64,000 nucleotides of DNA from Octopus bimaculoides (Eukaryota): the NCBI RefSeq assembly GCF_001194135.2, contig NC_068987.1, forward strand, positions 32,978,171 to 33,042,170, in the 5' to 3' direction. Under the pieces are notes generated by a model that searched no databases, was not told the DNA's origin, and saw nothing but the letters and a program-made list of their open reading frames with translations. The translations under genes were made by a program, and so were the position numbers. Shown here in pieces: positions 1 through 13,894 of the stretch. The number at the start of each line of letters is the position of its first letter. Position 1 is the first letter of the stretch.

Positions 1-41
1 TTTGGTAATTTCTGGTGGGGAGGCTCTGGTCTTGTGCAGCA

Positions 42-44
<3 letters not shown>

Positions 45-124
<80 letters not shown>
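45..124. repeat. (ATT)n microsatellite; (TAA)n tail/target of the adjacent minus-strand LINE
   Basis: Pure ATT array directly abutting the 3' UTR of the element at 126. Confidence 0.95.
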
Positions 125-125
<1 letters not shown>

Positions 126-127
<2 letters not shown>

Positions 128-1385
128 GTTTGACATTTGCTTTGTATTTGTAGATGTTGACTCCAAGTATCACCCTCAAGAGACAAGTTGAAGTTCATGT
201 TGGTGTTATGCCTGGGGTGGCATATATTTGGTTTTCGACATAGTATTGTTCTAGAAAATGTTTAAGGAAACAAGAAAATTATAAGATATTTTAAATTTGA
301 GATTACATAGACAGTATTTTACGTAGGATATGGGTAGTTCCTATGAGAACTATCTTTTGAATTTCTGCCACTTTGGGGGTTCCTGGAATGTGAACTAGGT
401 AGCAATCAGCCCCTTTGGCTATCAATACTATGTGACCTATGACAATAAGTATTGTTTTAGTCTTGAGGTTCCACATTTTGCCAATTTCTATTTGAAGATC
501 TTTATACTTGCTCAGTGTTTGGTAGGTCTTGACAGATACATTTATGTCAATCCTTTTTCAGCCATGCTTGTAGTTGAGTGCGGATACTTCCAAGTGTACA
601 ATTTATCATTGGTATCACGACTACTGTCCTCGTTGACCACAAACTTCGTATTTCCCTCTTCAAATCGTCATACTTGGTTATTTTTCTCTTCTTTCACATT
701 GATTCTGTTGTCACCGGTACCTGCTATGTCGATTATCATACATGTTCTTTCGTTTTCATTCACCACAAAGAATGTTCGGTTTCCGATGTCTGGTCGAGGG
801 ATCGCGTAGGATCGTTGCATCCCAGACGATTATTGCATCCCACAGGATTTTGCAATTCTCATTCTCGGCAACTCCTGGGGTTTTTTCATATCACGTCTTT
901 GCTCTTTGTAGGCAGTGATTTCCACAGAGCTCCCAATGGATCATTCTTGCCACATTGTCATGGCATCTTTTATATTAGTTCAGTGGATATTTCGGGAATT
1001 CGGTAACGATGTGCTATACTGTTTCACCCCCACTCACAAATGTTTTGCATTTGTCGCAGTTTTGATGACGCCGGCCTTATTCGTATGTTTCAGCAATGGC
1101 TCCACAGCATCTTTTTATATACCACCCTAAGGTATTTTCCTCTGCTTTGATGCGGTCCTCACCACTGATCAAACCTCCCCACCCTTTCTTCTGGACAAGT
1201 ACAGCCTATCAGTGTCACTCTTAGGGTGGAAAGGTTAGTGTATTGTCAACATTTTTCTGGTCTTGGTATCATTTTCATCACTTCTCACATTTGCAATCTC
1301 ATAATTCCGCTCCATAGCGAATTGACGCTATCTCCCACGTATTCACTGCTTGGATTTTATCAACCCAGTCAATTTTGAGCGCAAC
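126..1385 (-). mobile_element. Decayed 5'-truncated RLE-class (R4/Dong-like) LINE: RT thumb, CCHC knuckle, restriction-like endonuclease, 3' UTR
   Basis: Minus-strand translation across stops and frameshifts gives HPKSDTDRLYLSRRKGGR (thumb), KILWDA...RHRKPNI and RTCMIIDIA (RLE). Its 3' UTR (126-260) is homologous to 49617-49758. Confidence 0.85.
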
Positions 1386-3397
1386 AAAACTATTACTATC
1401 ATTATTATTTATTGTTTTTGCACAGCTTCTAACGCTGGAGAGGTACTACAGTGCCAGCTATTCCCTACCAGGAACAGTCCTTATTTTTCGAGCACCATCC
1501 GGAGTATTGAGCGGGTCCAAGCAGTGCTGTTTTCTGCAAGTGCTCCAACTTTTGTAGCCCCTATTTGTTCTGTGTACTTCCTAATACGTTTACTCACTGT
1601 TCCCAGGGCTGAAACAATTATTGGTACTACTACCACCTTTTTCAGCGACCACAATTGCTTAACCTTGCAAGGTAATCTGTCATATCTATCGACTTTTCTT
1701 TCTTTCTTATCGCACACCTTGTTGTCAGCTGGGCATGTTATATCTGTGATACAGCATCGATTGCTTTCTTTCTCAATTAATACTATGTCTGGCTTCCTAT
1801 TCTCTATCTCATAGTCGCACTGAATCATAAATCCCATATCGTTTTCGATGATGCCTTCGGGTTTATGTTCGTACCACTTTTTTTCTCTTTCAAGTCCATA
1901 TTTGTTGCAAAGTGGAAAGTGGACAATCCTTGCTATATTTACATGATGTCTCATACTTTTTCTGGGCTAGTGGCGTACATTGGCTGGTAATATGCCACAC
2001 GGTTTCACCATTTTGTCAACAAATTCTGCACTTATCTCTTTGTGATATGTTGTCTATTCTGTATTTGATGTAATTCGTTCTTAGTGCTTGCTCTTGGGCA
2101 GCACAGATTAGAACCTCCGTTTCCGATTTTAAACTACTTTTGGTCATCCATAGCCATCTTTTTTCTCTGTCTGTCTTATCTTCAACATCCCTTTGAAATT
2201 GTCCATGCATTCTTTTCTTTATCCTCCTATTTTCAGTTTCATTCATTTTCAAGTCCTTGTACAGTGCTTTATCTTTGCAATCTTCCATCCTACAAAAGCC
2301 TGACCTTCTTCCAATAATAGTGGTTCTGTGGCACTTTTTACATACCATGCTATGTTGTATTCTGCTCTAATGCTGTGTTCGCATCCAATCAGTCCTCTAC
2401 CCACCTCTTTTTCTTGGGACATACAGTCTGTTTGTATCACATTTTGGGTGGAGTATCCCATAACCAGTCAGTAACTTCCTTGTGTTTCTGTCCAAGCTGA
2501 TTAGTTCATCTACTGTCCATGCGATTATACCTGCTGCACCATATCTAAGTAGTGAAACTGCCTAGGTGCTGATATATTCAATCTTATTACGTTCGTTTAA
2601 TTTCGACTTCCGGATCAGTCTCAATCTGCGCAAGTACTCCACCTTCAAATTTTCTGTCATTTCTTTCTCCATCAATTTATTCATTTCTAATATCCCCAAG
2701 TACTTATATCCTTCTCTTCTATCTGCTTCGCAACCTCCCCCGACGGGGGAGGTTTTTGCCTTTCTTTACCACACTCTTTCTGTCCGGAATCTATTCCTGA
2801 TATCAGCACTGAAAGTATGCACCGTATCAACGAGGAGACGGACGTGGGATTCATCTTTACCATAAAGTTTGAGGTCATCCATGAATAACAAATGGTTGAC
2901 TTTTGTAGGCATTTGCTATTTGCTCTCCTCAAAATCAGCGTTAATGGTATCATGCACAGTACAAAGTTCATTCGGTACAGTCAGTCCCATTGGAAGATGC
3001 CTCTCTTGTTTTTTATTGCCCCTAAAATTCTTCCATATGCTGTCAGTTCTGTTCTCCACTTTGTCATACATTTTCCAAGCAATCACTCAACATTCGATGC
3101 GATACCAGATAGGTTCATACATTCTATAATCCAACAATGTGGGATCATATCGTTCGCCTTATGATAATCTATCCCTGACATGTCTAAGTTAGTTTTCCTT
3201 CTCTTGCAGTCTCTAAGTACAGTTTTGTCTAGCAAGAGTTGATCCTTAGTACCTCTGCACTTACGCTTGTAACTCTTCCGGTCATGTGGTAGGACTCCAT
3301 ATTTTTCCTGATATCCGTACATTGATTCTGCGACTATTCCAGTCAATAATTTCCACATAAGTGGCAAGCAGGATATCGGCCTGTAATTGTCTACCGT
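1386..3397 (-). mobile_element. Decayed 5'-truncated RLE-class (R4/Dong-like) LINE with RT, CCHC zinc knuckle and RLE
   Basis: ORF-track fragments: 3083-3496 [18 protein letters not shown]...KDQLLLDK (RT N-part), 2687-2971 (RT), 2249-2461 GRGLIG (thumb), 2016-2348 LICAAQEQALRTNYIK...CRIC, 1481-1954 KWYEHKPE...RKPDIVLIEK...ITDITCP (RLE). ATT repeats at both ends. Confidence 0.92.
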
Positions 3398-3431
<34 letters not shown>

Positions 3432-3540
3432 CTGCCATAACAACAATTTTCACACCTGTGTTGCACAATCTCTCCATCACTCCAGCTAATTTCCAACGTT
3501 TTATTGCTTTCTAAGATTTCTTCATATCTACGCTAGTGTC
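3398..3540 (-). mobile_element. Short probable LINE 3' UTR remnant with (TAA)n tail
   Basis: ATT array 3398-3430 followed by about 110 bp of non-repetitive sequence, in the same arrangement as other tails in the window. No coding remnant. Confidence 0.35.
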
Positions 3541-5180
3541 ATAACCTTGCATGTGAGTATGCTACTTTAGGTGTGTGTGTATACGCAAAGTAGGTTAAAT
3601 GTACAAATAGACAAGCAACTTGGATCAGATCAGATTAAGGCATTTACATGTTTATGCATTGACAAAACTTGAACGTTGAAACGAATATTACAGGGGTTTA
3701 GATCACAAGAGGCCAATAAAAGTTCAGTTGAGGAATGTTGCAAATGGTTTTGATATATGCTGGTATTTCCTCCGGAACTGTTATTAGGTAAATCCTCCGT
3801 TGTTGGAATAAATTGCTCAAAAAGACTGCAGCGGACTGCTTGCTAACTACGTGGATTTATTCTTGAAAATTTTCTGCCTTTCATGATGTAATCCTTTACG
3901 ACATTGCAAAACAACATCTCAAAAATTAGAGTTTCTCTTTAGACTCCAAATATACTTGCAACAGGGGAGAAGAACCTATTAATACTTGAGTTGTGTTCAC
4001 GTAAATAGGGTTGTGGAGCTAATAACACCACAGCCCACCGAACGGGCATCACTTAAATGATTAGGAAACGTTACCACACGGCCAGGTAATACTCTTATGT
4101 GTCTTTTCTAACTCATAAAGATTTTAGGTTTTTAATCTAGCCAAAGGCTTTTCTCCACTAATTTTGGGTATAGAGTCATGTCAACAAACCTCCAAATTTA
4201 ACAAATCCAAGCATTTGGTTGTTTTGCGTTTATTAATGCATTAGACATATCATTGGAATGAAATTCAATCCTAGACAGAAACTGTAGTGTAAGATTCAAC
4301 TCCTTTGACCTTACTTTCGCATGGAAGTTAAATCCTTCACAGTTGACTAAATGAAAGTTTCATGTTTGTAACGTGGGATTATATAGACACGTCGTCAGGA
4401 GCAGGTTTGTACTAACTGCCGAAGCGAACATATGGGGTAAAAACATTCTATTGGGATCAAATAAAAGTAATCGTTGAAGTGTACGATTTCATGTAAGACT
4501 CTGGTAAAATATAGACTTGTATGAAATCAGTTAACTAAAAATAGAATGTATGCAAAAATCTGCTATCAGTGTATGTCAAGAAAGTCCACATATATTTACA
4601 TTGTCTGAATTCATTTAGGTACTGAGAAAAAGCCTTCCATTTATATTATATAGACTGATATATATTTTGCCGTTTTGCATCTGTAAAACTAGAGTAATCT
4701 GTTATTTCTTACATGAATGAAGTACCCTACTTGAACTAAGAGTCTCACTGGTGTTGGTTTTAACACAAAATTGCAAAGTAACCAACAAAAGCATTTGTCA
4801 TTTATGTAAAGTTTTTACTTCTTGTAGAGTTGATATGTAAATAATGATAGTTTCAGTACAGAATTATGTCAACTGGAATTGATCAAGATTAAATGCTTCT
4901 TTGAATACTACATAACAATGCCAGTAATGAGAAAGTAACTGTTGCACGCTTGACCAGTAGACCAACACGTTATCGAAATAAAGGTGACCTAATAGAAAAC
5001 TTTCGGCTATACTAATGCCATACAATTAAAAATCAAAACTAAAAATGAAATGTAGCGTGATTTGAATGCAGTACATCAGGCATCAAAATCAGTACATAAT
5101 TCGCAACAATTTCGCCTGGTGATCTACTAGTGTGATGATGTTTTTGTTTGGCACAATGTCAGAATTTGCTAAGATAGTAC

Positions 5181-5182
<2 letters not shown>

Positions 5183-5224
<42 letters not shown>

Positions 5225-5280
5225 GATAGAGATAGATAAAGTGAGAGAGAGTGAGAGAGAGAAGAGATAGTAAGAGAGTT
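5183..5280. repeat. (GA)n microsatellite
   Basis: GA array with GATA variants. Confidence 0.95.
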
Positions 5281-5751
5281 AGTGAGGAATGATATGGAGG
5301 GAGTAAGAGATGGAACAAGAGGCAAATATAGTACCGACATATGCTTAAATAAAAAAAAAAACTATTCAATTTCTATAACTTTATGCGAGAAATATTATTA
5401 ATTGAATAATAAGGATTTTTCAAGGACGTTCCTTTGATGGGAGGAAAGTCGATTAAACCCATTCGACTAAGTGGCTGATATATGTATTTTATAGACTAGG
5501 AAATAATGTATGACAATAGTAACTTCATACAGTTAATCTTTAGGACGATATCAATGACTTCAAACACAAAGCTATGTTGAAGAGAAAAATCTAGTGGAAT
5601 TCCTTGAAACTATTGACTGCTACATGATTCTGTGTATCCACGAAGAATAAAAAAAAACGAAATAAACAACACGTCCGATTTGGATACCACAATACGAAAA
5701 TTTTCGTTAGGAATCATCGCTAGTTCTGAAGGAAAATAAAAACAATTATCC

Positions 5752-5945
5752 TTTCTAATATAGGCAAAATGCCTGAAATTTTGCGTGAGAAAACTAGTCG
5801 ATTACATCAGCCCCCACTGCTTGACTGATTCATATTACATCGAACACGAAAAGAGGAAAGGAAAAGTCGACCTCTGTGGAATTTCGACTCAGAATGTAAA
5901 ACCGGAAGAAATGCCGGAAGGCATTTCGTCTGGCAAACCAACGTA
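5752..5945 (-). mobile_element. tRNA-derived SINE, family A
   Basis: Shares agtcgattacatc...aaagtcgacctc..ggaatt..actcagaa with copies at 6040, 27652, 39100 and 45655. Confidence 0.8.
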
Positions 5946-5962
5946 TGTACCTGCTCGTCACT

Positions 5963-5963
<1 letters not shown>

Positions 5964-6023
<60 letters not shown>
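5964..6023. repeat. (AAT)n microsatellite
   Basis: Pure AAT array between two SINE copies. Confidence 0.95.
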
Positions 6024-6026
<3 letters not shown>

Positions 6027-6039
6027 TTCTTTCTCCTGG

Positions 6040-6238
6040 TAGCACAAGGCCCCAGATTTGGGGGAATGGATTAAGTCAATTACAATGACCTCAGTGCTCA
6101 ACTCAGTTCGATGTAATTTATCGACCCCTAAAGCATAAAAGCTAAAGTCAACCGCAGCAGAATTTAAACTCAGAACATAGCGACGGGCGAAATACTGCGA
6201 AGCGTTTCGTCCTAATGATTCTGCTAGGTTGCCGCCCT
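6040..6238 (-). mobile_element. tRNA-derived SINE, family A
   Basis: aatttatcgacccc...aaagtcaacc...aatttaaactcagaac...gaaatac, homologous to 39100-39306. Confidence 0.8.
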
Positions 6239-6699
6239 AACAATTAATTTATTAAATTACGAAACGGCTGTATGGGAGGTGATGGGTGGGCAGAATACTG
6301 GAGTAAATTCAACCAAGACCACACAATTGACGCCTGAACAACGGAAGAAAAACTTGATATCGGCTGGAGTTGATCTCGAAATACAGAGTGAGAGATATAC
6401 AAGTAAACGAACAGCGCATCTGGTTGAGAACTTCAGAGTTTTCTGCCACTCCGTCGCCATTTTTGGCGACTATAACTCTGATAGCGATCAGTTAGCGGTT
6501 TAAAGGAATAGTAACAATAAAAGCTTTCGTTTGATTGCTATAGCGAACATCATAGCTGATTGCAGTGATGTGTGATAAAGCTCCTGGGAGCAATGGTAAA
6601 TATTCTTATATCACACTTATATGAGACTTTCACATTCTCCCCATCATATACCCCCTCTCTCTCTTTCTATTCAATATATGCGCAATCTATGTGTACATA

Positions 6700-6906
6700 T
6701 ATCTACGCATGTGCCAAAGTATATAACTATGTATATGCATACATACATGCATGTATGTACTTATGTGTGTGTATGTATGTATGTGTGTATTTGTGTTTAT
6801 AGATACAGACACACACACACATGTATGTATATATGTATATATATGTGTGTGTGTTTGCGTATATGTATATACGTATGTGTGTGCATATATATAATACATA
6901 TATATA

Positions 6907-6959
<53 letters not shown>

Positions 6960-7461
6960 TTTATACACATATAGATGTGTGTATATATATAGTGTTCATA
7001 TATAAATGTGTATGCTTATACGATTTTTACGTATAAGTATTGATATATAAATATATAAGTATACATATACAAATTCACATACACAAGTACACGCAGATAC
7101 ACAGTCCTACACAAACATGCGCGCACACATATATGTATGTGTAAGTTGTTTGTGTACGTATATGTGTGTGTGTGTGTGTAAACATATATATATATATATA
7201 TATATATATGCATATATGCTTGTGTGTATGTATATATATATATATGTATATACACGCACACACACACACACGCACTCTCATACACGTATGCACACACACA
7301 CTCTCTCACACACACATACACATACACACACACGTATATCCAATAAACAGGAAGGTCGGTCATATCCTCTGAAGTTTCTGTAAGATTTTCAGTTATATCT
7401 GGCTCCAAGAGAGCGAAGTATAAAAAGCCAGACAAAGAGGTAGTCAATGTGAAAGTAAGAC

Positions 7462-7514
<53 letters not shown>

Positions 7515-7710
7515 GGGAGAGAGAAAAAGAGAAAGAAAGAGAGAAAGAAAGAAAGAAAGATAGAGTGAGTGAGAGAAAGAAAGACGGAGAGACAGTAGCG
7601 AGATGACAAATAACGGAAATAACGGATAAACCGTGTTACAGAGAGAGAAAGAGAGAGAGAGAGAGGGGATGAGAGAGCGTGAGAGAGAGCGTGAGAGAGA
7701 GTGTGAGAGG
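6700..7710. repeat. Compound (TA)/(CA)/(TG)/(GA) microsatellite field
   Basis: Dinucleotide arrays interrupted by a unique ~110-bp island at 7335-7450. Source of the YI/CV/HT/SL-rich ORFs. Confidence 0.9.
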
Positions 7711-8099
7711 AGAAGTAAGAGTAAGAGCGGTAGAATTTAGGATGAAGATTTTGTAGGGTAAAGAATAATCGTTATTGCCGCATTCCATTTTACGGCCTAC
7801 TTAACGACTTCACACGGGATCATTGAATTTCTCTTCGTTTGTACTGTAAACCTTGGCAATCTGATCATTACAGCCAGAATAAACGCTACGTGTTTTTCTT
7901 TAATAAGCCTGACATTGCTGCCCCGCTGATAAAAGCACAACCAAATCCACAGACACTAACCAATGACAGTTCAAGCTTTTACTGAGCAATAACTTCTCGG
8001 CGACACCACATTCGCGCGATATTACACACTGCAAAGTATTAGCCTCTCTTTCTCGGCGTACGTGTGCATGGCTGAGTTCGTGTCCAAGCCTGCATGTGT

Positions 8100-8312
8100 C
8101 TCAGCGCGCGCACCTGTGTGTGTATGTGTGTATGTGTGTGTGTGTGTGCGTGGGCGTGTGTGTGTGTCTATGTCTGCGTTGCGTCTATATTTACCTGGAT
8201 CTATACATATATGTGTGAGTGCATATATATGTGTGTGTGTGTGTGTGTATGTGTGCATGTATATGTATATTTGGACATAAAATACACGCACTTATATGTC
8301 TGTATATATGCA

Positions 8313-8361
<49 letters not shown>

Positions 8362-8820
8362 NNNNNNNNNNNNNNNNNNNNNNNNNNNNNNNNNNNNNNN
8401 NNNNNNNNNNNNNNNNNNNNNNNNNNNNNNNNNNNNNNNNNNNNNNNNNNNNNNNNNNNNNNNNNNNNNNNNNNNNNNNNNNNNNNNNNNNNNNNNNNNN
8501 NNNNNNNNNNNNNNNNNNNNNNNNNNNNNNNNNNNNNNNNNNNNNNNNNNNNNNNNNNNTATATATATATATATATATATATGCATATATACATATGTGT
8601 GTGTGTCTATCTGTGTGTACGTATGTCTATACAATACACCCAATTACAAATAAATAGAGAATGAGAAACAAATTAATATACGGATTAAAGCTAACTTTAT
8701 GCATCTATGTATGAATATGTATATACGTACACATACACATGTGTGTATACAGAACCACTTACATACAACAAATACATATGTGTATATCTATCTATCTATC
8801 TATCTATCTATCTCTATATA
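8100..8820. repeat. Compound (TG)/(CT)/(TA)/(ATCT) microsatellite field spanning an N-gap (8362-8559)
   Basis: Direct inspection. Confidence 0.9.
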
Positions 8821-9409
8821 TATTCTGCACTAATTAGGTCTTTATATTTCTGGGATTGACGCTAAAGTAGAAGTGATTCTACTATGAAGAGTGCCATTCA
8901 TTAAAGAAGGTGGAAGGTTGAATTCTCCTAATAATTTTCTTGAACATTCAACCAAAACTGATTCGTTCGTCTTTATAGAATCTCCCTATAGAATCTACCA
9001 ATCTTCTTGATTAGGAATGCGCCTGCGACAACTTATATGTGCGCGTGCATGTGTGTATAGGCCGAGAGAGATAAAGGATGAAATAAACTAAATGAGTGTG
9101 ACACGAATAGTCATATATAACCTACGTAAAGAGATTGACGAAATCTATATACTCAACGTTATATCGAGATTTTTTTACATACGTAAGATACCTGTATAAT
9201 GTTCATGTGTATGTCTGTATATGATTGCCAATATGGGACGTGATTTATATGCAACATATATACATATATATATAAACGTATCTATAAGATTTATGTGTTT
9301 TCTTTGAATATATATGCATAGCTTTCCACGCAGATATGTATATAGTGCCATATATATTTTTAGGAGTGTTTGTACCTATGTATGTGTGTATTATGTATGC
9401 GCGAATGTA

Positions 9410-9446
<37 letters not shown>

Positions 9447-10512
9447 NNNNNNNNNNNNNNNNNNNNNNNNNNNNNNNNNNNNNNNNNNNNNNNNNNNNNN
9501 NNNNNNNNNNNNNNNNNNNNNNNNNNNNNNNNNNNNNNNNNNNNNNNNNNNNNNNNNNNNNNNNNNNNNNNNNNNNNNNNNNNNNNNNNNNNNNNNNNNN
9601 NNNNNNNNNNNNNNNNNNNNNNNNNNNNNNNNNNNNNNNNNNNNNNNNNNNNNNNNNNNNNNNNNNNNNNNNNNNNNNNNNNNNNNNNNNNNNNNNNNNN
9701 NNNNNNNNNNNNNNNNNNNNNNNNNNNNNNNNNNNNNNNNNNNNNNNNNNNNNNNNNNNNNNNNNNNNNNNNNNNNNNNNNNNNNNNNNNNNNNNNNNNN
9801 NNNNNNNNNNNNNNNNNNNNNNNNNNNNNNNNNNNNNNNNNNNNNNNNNNNNNNNNNNNNNNNNNNNNNNNNNNNNNNNNNNNNNNNNNNNNNNNNNNNN
9901 NNNNNNNNNNNNNNNNNNNNNNNNNNNNNNNNNNNNNNNNNNNNNNNNNNNNNNNNNNNNNNNNNNNNNNNNNNNNNNNNNNNNNNNNNNNNNNNNNNNN
10001 NNNNNNNNNNNNNNNNNNNNNNNNNNNNNNNNNNNNNNNNNNNNNNNNNNNNNNNNNNNNNNNNNNNNNNNNNNNNNNNNNNNNNNNNNNNNNNNNNNNN
10101 NNNNNNNNNNNNNNNNNNNNNNNNNNNNNNNNNNNNNNNNNNNNNNNNNNNNNNNNNNNNNNNNNNNNNNNNNNNNNNNNNNNNNNNNNNNNNNNNNNNN
10201 NNNNNNNNNNNNNNNNNNNNNNNNNNNNNNNNNNNNNNNNNNNNNNNNNNNNNNNNNNNNNNNNNNNNNNNNNNNNNNNNNNNNNNNNNNNNNNNNNNNN
10301 NNNNNNNNNNNNNATATATAGATGTCTATATGTATACATGAATATTTGTGTATATATGTGTACATGTATATCTATATTCATATATATAAATATACCATAT
10401 ATTTTACATATACATAGATATGTATGTGTGTGTATCTATCTATCTATCTGTCTCTCCGTTCTCGCTCCTTTGCTCTCTCTCTTCCTCTTTCTCTCTTTCT
10501 CTCTCTCTCTTA

Positions 10513-10543
<31 letters not shown>

Positions 10544-11014
10544 TCTCTCTCTCTCTGTATATATATATATATACACACACACACTCGTATACATACATTA
10601 CATGCATACAAATATGAATAGCCACACACATATGCGTTTGTATATCAGAAATCTTGTATGCATTGATGTCACATGTAAATGAATAATATGTATCAAACGA
10701 AACGAAATCTCTCTATTCTATTGGAAGTGGAATCTTTTGAATCGTTGTCGTGTGTCACTAGAAAATTAATCAGATTTATATATATTCTGATGTCTTTGCC
10801 GTCCAGCTTATCAGCAATAGAAAGTTGTGTGACGCTAAGCTTCTGCTTATAGCAGATATACTTGCTCATTAGTCTGCTTCAATGGTAGCTTTTCATGACT
10901 TCTCTAACCTAGGCTTATGATATATCTCCATGGTGACTTCTTATTTTAGATGTTTTGAACAGGTTGTTTACTTGCTTTTTCATTTGGTTTATCTCTGTTA
11001 TTGCTTCTCTCACA

Positions 11015-11054
<40 letters not shown>

Positions 11055-12295
11055 TACCCTGTCTTCATCTTTCTCTGACTCTCATCGAACCAAACTTAGT
11101 ACATCATTGCAATGAAATATCGTTATATAAGATGACTGCTGAGTTAGATTTGAGGGAATTGATTCAAGATTACAATGTTTTTCTGTATTGGTAAAGAAGA
11201 TAAAAATATACCAAGCCTATAAATATACGCCACAAACAGCAACAAAAACAACAACAGTAACAACAACAACAACAACAACAACAATAACAAGAACAAGAAA
11301 CGGCTATATTGGATTGATATTCCATATTTTCTATCGAATTAAATCTGTTCGACTCCCATTGTGAACAAACCAAATATATGCTGCAGTCTCTGTGCGAAAA
11401 AAAACTCGAATCTTCACTTGGAACCCAACCAGAGATTATTGGGGTATATTGATACGTCTTTTTGTATTCTCTGTTTTAAATATGAAAATGTGATATATTC
11501 TCGCTTCTCTTTATATCATTTATAGGTAATACTTTATGGGGTAAAACCTTTTATTTTTTTTCTATTACTAATAAATACGTAGGGCTGAAAGAAAGAAAGA
11601 AATCGTACGCTTTGGTAAGAAATATTGCGAAAAAAAAAATCGGTGGGCAGCTATATTAAAGGAATTGATTTCATTACGTTCTTCTGTTCGCGTTATTCAT
11701 TTAGAATTTATATTTTGAACTATTTCAGAAGTGCTACGCGAATGAACATCATGGGCGGCTATGCGCAACAAAAAGCAACATTTTGATCACATTCTCCTCT
11801 GAAAAACAGAAATGGGATTCGTTTGAATAACTTTTATGTGTGTTAAACCTTACTTCTAAAAGAGGCCTTATAGTGTTAATGTAATATTTCATTTGCATTT
11901 TCAATATAAAATATCCCTAATGTGTACATTTAGGGAAAAAATTTGAGATTATCTCCAAATACGCAAGGGAATTTAATATTTCATAAAATACACAGAATTG
12001 ACATCCATCATGTAATAATGTTAATTACATCTGATTAATCTCTGTGAATATTATGTGGCATACAATTATCAATTTCTCATAATATCTATCTACTTATCAT
12101 TCTGTCTGTGTGTATCTCACTCTCCCCCTCTCTCTCTTTCTCTCTCTATCTATCTACCTATATCTATCTTTCAGTCTTTCTCCCTCTTTCTAAACACAAA
12201 CACTCACACACACGCACACATATACATAAGCACACACAAATACGCTCTCACACATAGATGTGTGCACATACATGCGTGTGTGGTGCATATATACA

Positions 12296-12578
12296 TATGA
12301 GGGGATGCTGAAAAGTTCCTGGCTTTGGGTTGCATTTTGCTGCGCAATAGCCGCCCACGATGTTCTATCGCGTAGCACTTTTGAAATAGTTCAAAATATA
12401 AATTCTAAATAATGATCAGGTATGATTTTATGCAACGTATTTCTCTCTCAGATTCACATATTGCGGAGTACTTTAAGTTTTCTAATCTTTGTAAAAAAAC
12501 AACCTCTGAATGTTGGGCCTACATTCAGGCCTTTCGCGATACCCTTAAAGCCATGAACGCTTCTACCACCCCCACGTA
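12296..12578 (-). mobile_element. Mariner-derived MITE (TA-flanked, ~30-bp TIRs)
   Basis: Left end TAtgaggggatgctgaaaagttcctggcttt matches the reverse complement of the right end aaagccatgaacgcttctaccacccccacgTA. Internal 12420-12500 resembles an eroded mariner transposase 3' end. Confidence 0.75.
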
Positions 12579-13238
12579 CATATATGTAACATATATACTC
12601 ACACGCTGAGGCGCGCGCGCACACACATAGATGTACAGTCACGTAAAGACTTACATAAACAAAGACATACACAGTGACATAAATTGGCCAACACCCATGA
12701 GATGCAGCAAAGGGAGGCAACTCTGAATGAACTATACAAAGCTTGTCGTGTTATATATAATTCAGTCAACAAGTTGACTGATTTGTGTTAGTAGATCACC
12801 CGATTGAGATAAATAATGAAGCATTGACACAAAGCAGTATTTAGGGATGAGGACAATTTAGGTTAGTTGAAATATGTTTATCACATATTTCAACTGCTAA
12901 AGGCAATACACTGCAGTTACCAAGGAGAAACATTCTCTCTTATGGTAAAAAAAAAAAAGTGTGAAAACACCTAGTTTCTTCAGTGTCGCAATCTGTTAAG
13001 AATTTCAGACGTCGATGCTTCTAGTATTTTGGCTCTTTGACACCAAAGTCTTATTAAGTAGGAAGGCAAACAAATCACAGATCTCTTCAGGTAGATGGCC
13101 CTCTATTGCCGTGATTATGATGATCTCTCTCAATGCGAATTACAGGGAATGCGATAAGGAACCTAATACTTCGGTTGAACTGCGCAAGCAATTATGCACC
13201 ACAAAGAGACACACACACATACGTGCACTCACACACGT

Positions 13239-13289
<51 letters not shown>

Positions 13290-13894
13290 TGAACAAATGA
13301 AAATTGAGACCATTCAAAAATGCATTAACGTTAATATTTACCATTATCAACTTTAACTCAAAGAAGAATCTCCAAAGTGTTGCGGGAATGGTGAGATGAA
13401 AAGCACTGATGAATTTTCGGCTGTTTCCTTCGGATTAAGAAATGCTTTCACAGCTTCTTAATAAGGGTGGTGGTAGTCATTGGCTGATTATTAAAATCTG
13501 GTGATAGGGTTGAATATTGTCTACTACTGACTGCTGAGTGTTACTGTGTGAGACTGATTCTGGTTGATCAATGGTCCTGCGCATGATTGCTACTGTCTAC
13601 CGAATAGTTCTGAGTGGTAAAAGAATCGGGTTGGTAAAGGAATCAGTAGCTGTTACATGATAGATTCACCTTAAACTGGTGAGCAGGTGTAGACTTCATT
13701 TTGCTAGTTATAAATTCCTATATCAAAAATCGCAGAGTAATTTGTGTAAGGATAAGTAAATATTGGTGTGGTAAGTATAAGCAGTCAATAACATGCAGTT
13801 AGTTCTGTTGGTCATAGTAAGAAGATAGTTCACATTTCATATTAAAGAAAGCTTATATAAAAATAATGGCCTACAATTAGCGAGAATTGTGAAT

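Noticed and set aside
815-842. ttgcatccca repeated at 18-bp spacing; similar 20-bp duplication at 45085-45120
   Set aside because: Ordinary local slippage duplications.
3690-3840. Possible CR1/L2 3' remnant (WNKL-like motif)
   Set aside because: Only a four-residue motif; insufficient.
11132-11196. MTAELDLRELIQDYNVFLY followed by GTAAAG (possible first coding exon)
   Set aside because: No recognisable homology and no partner exons.
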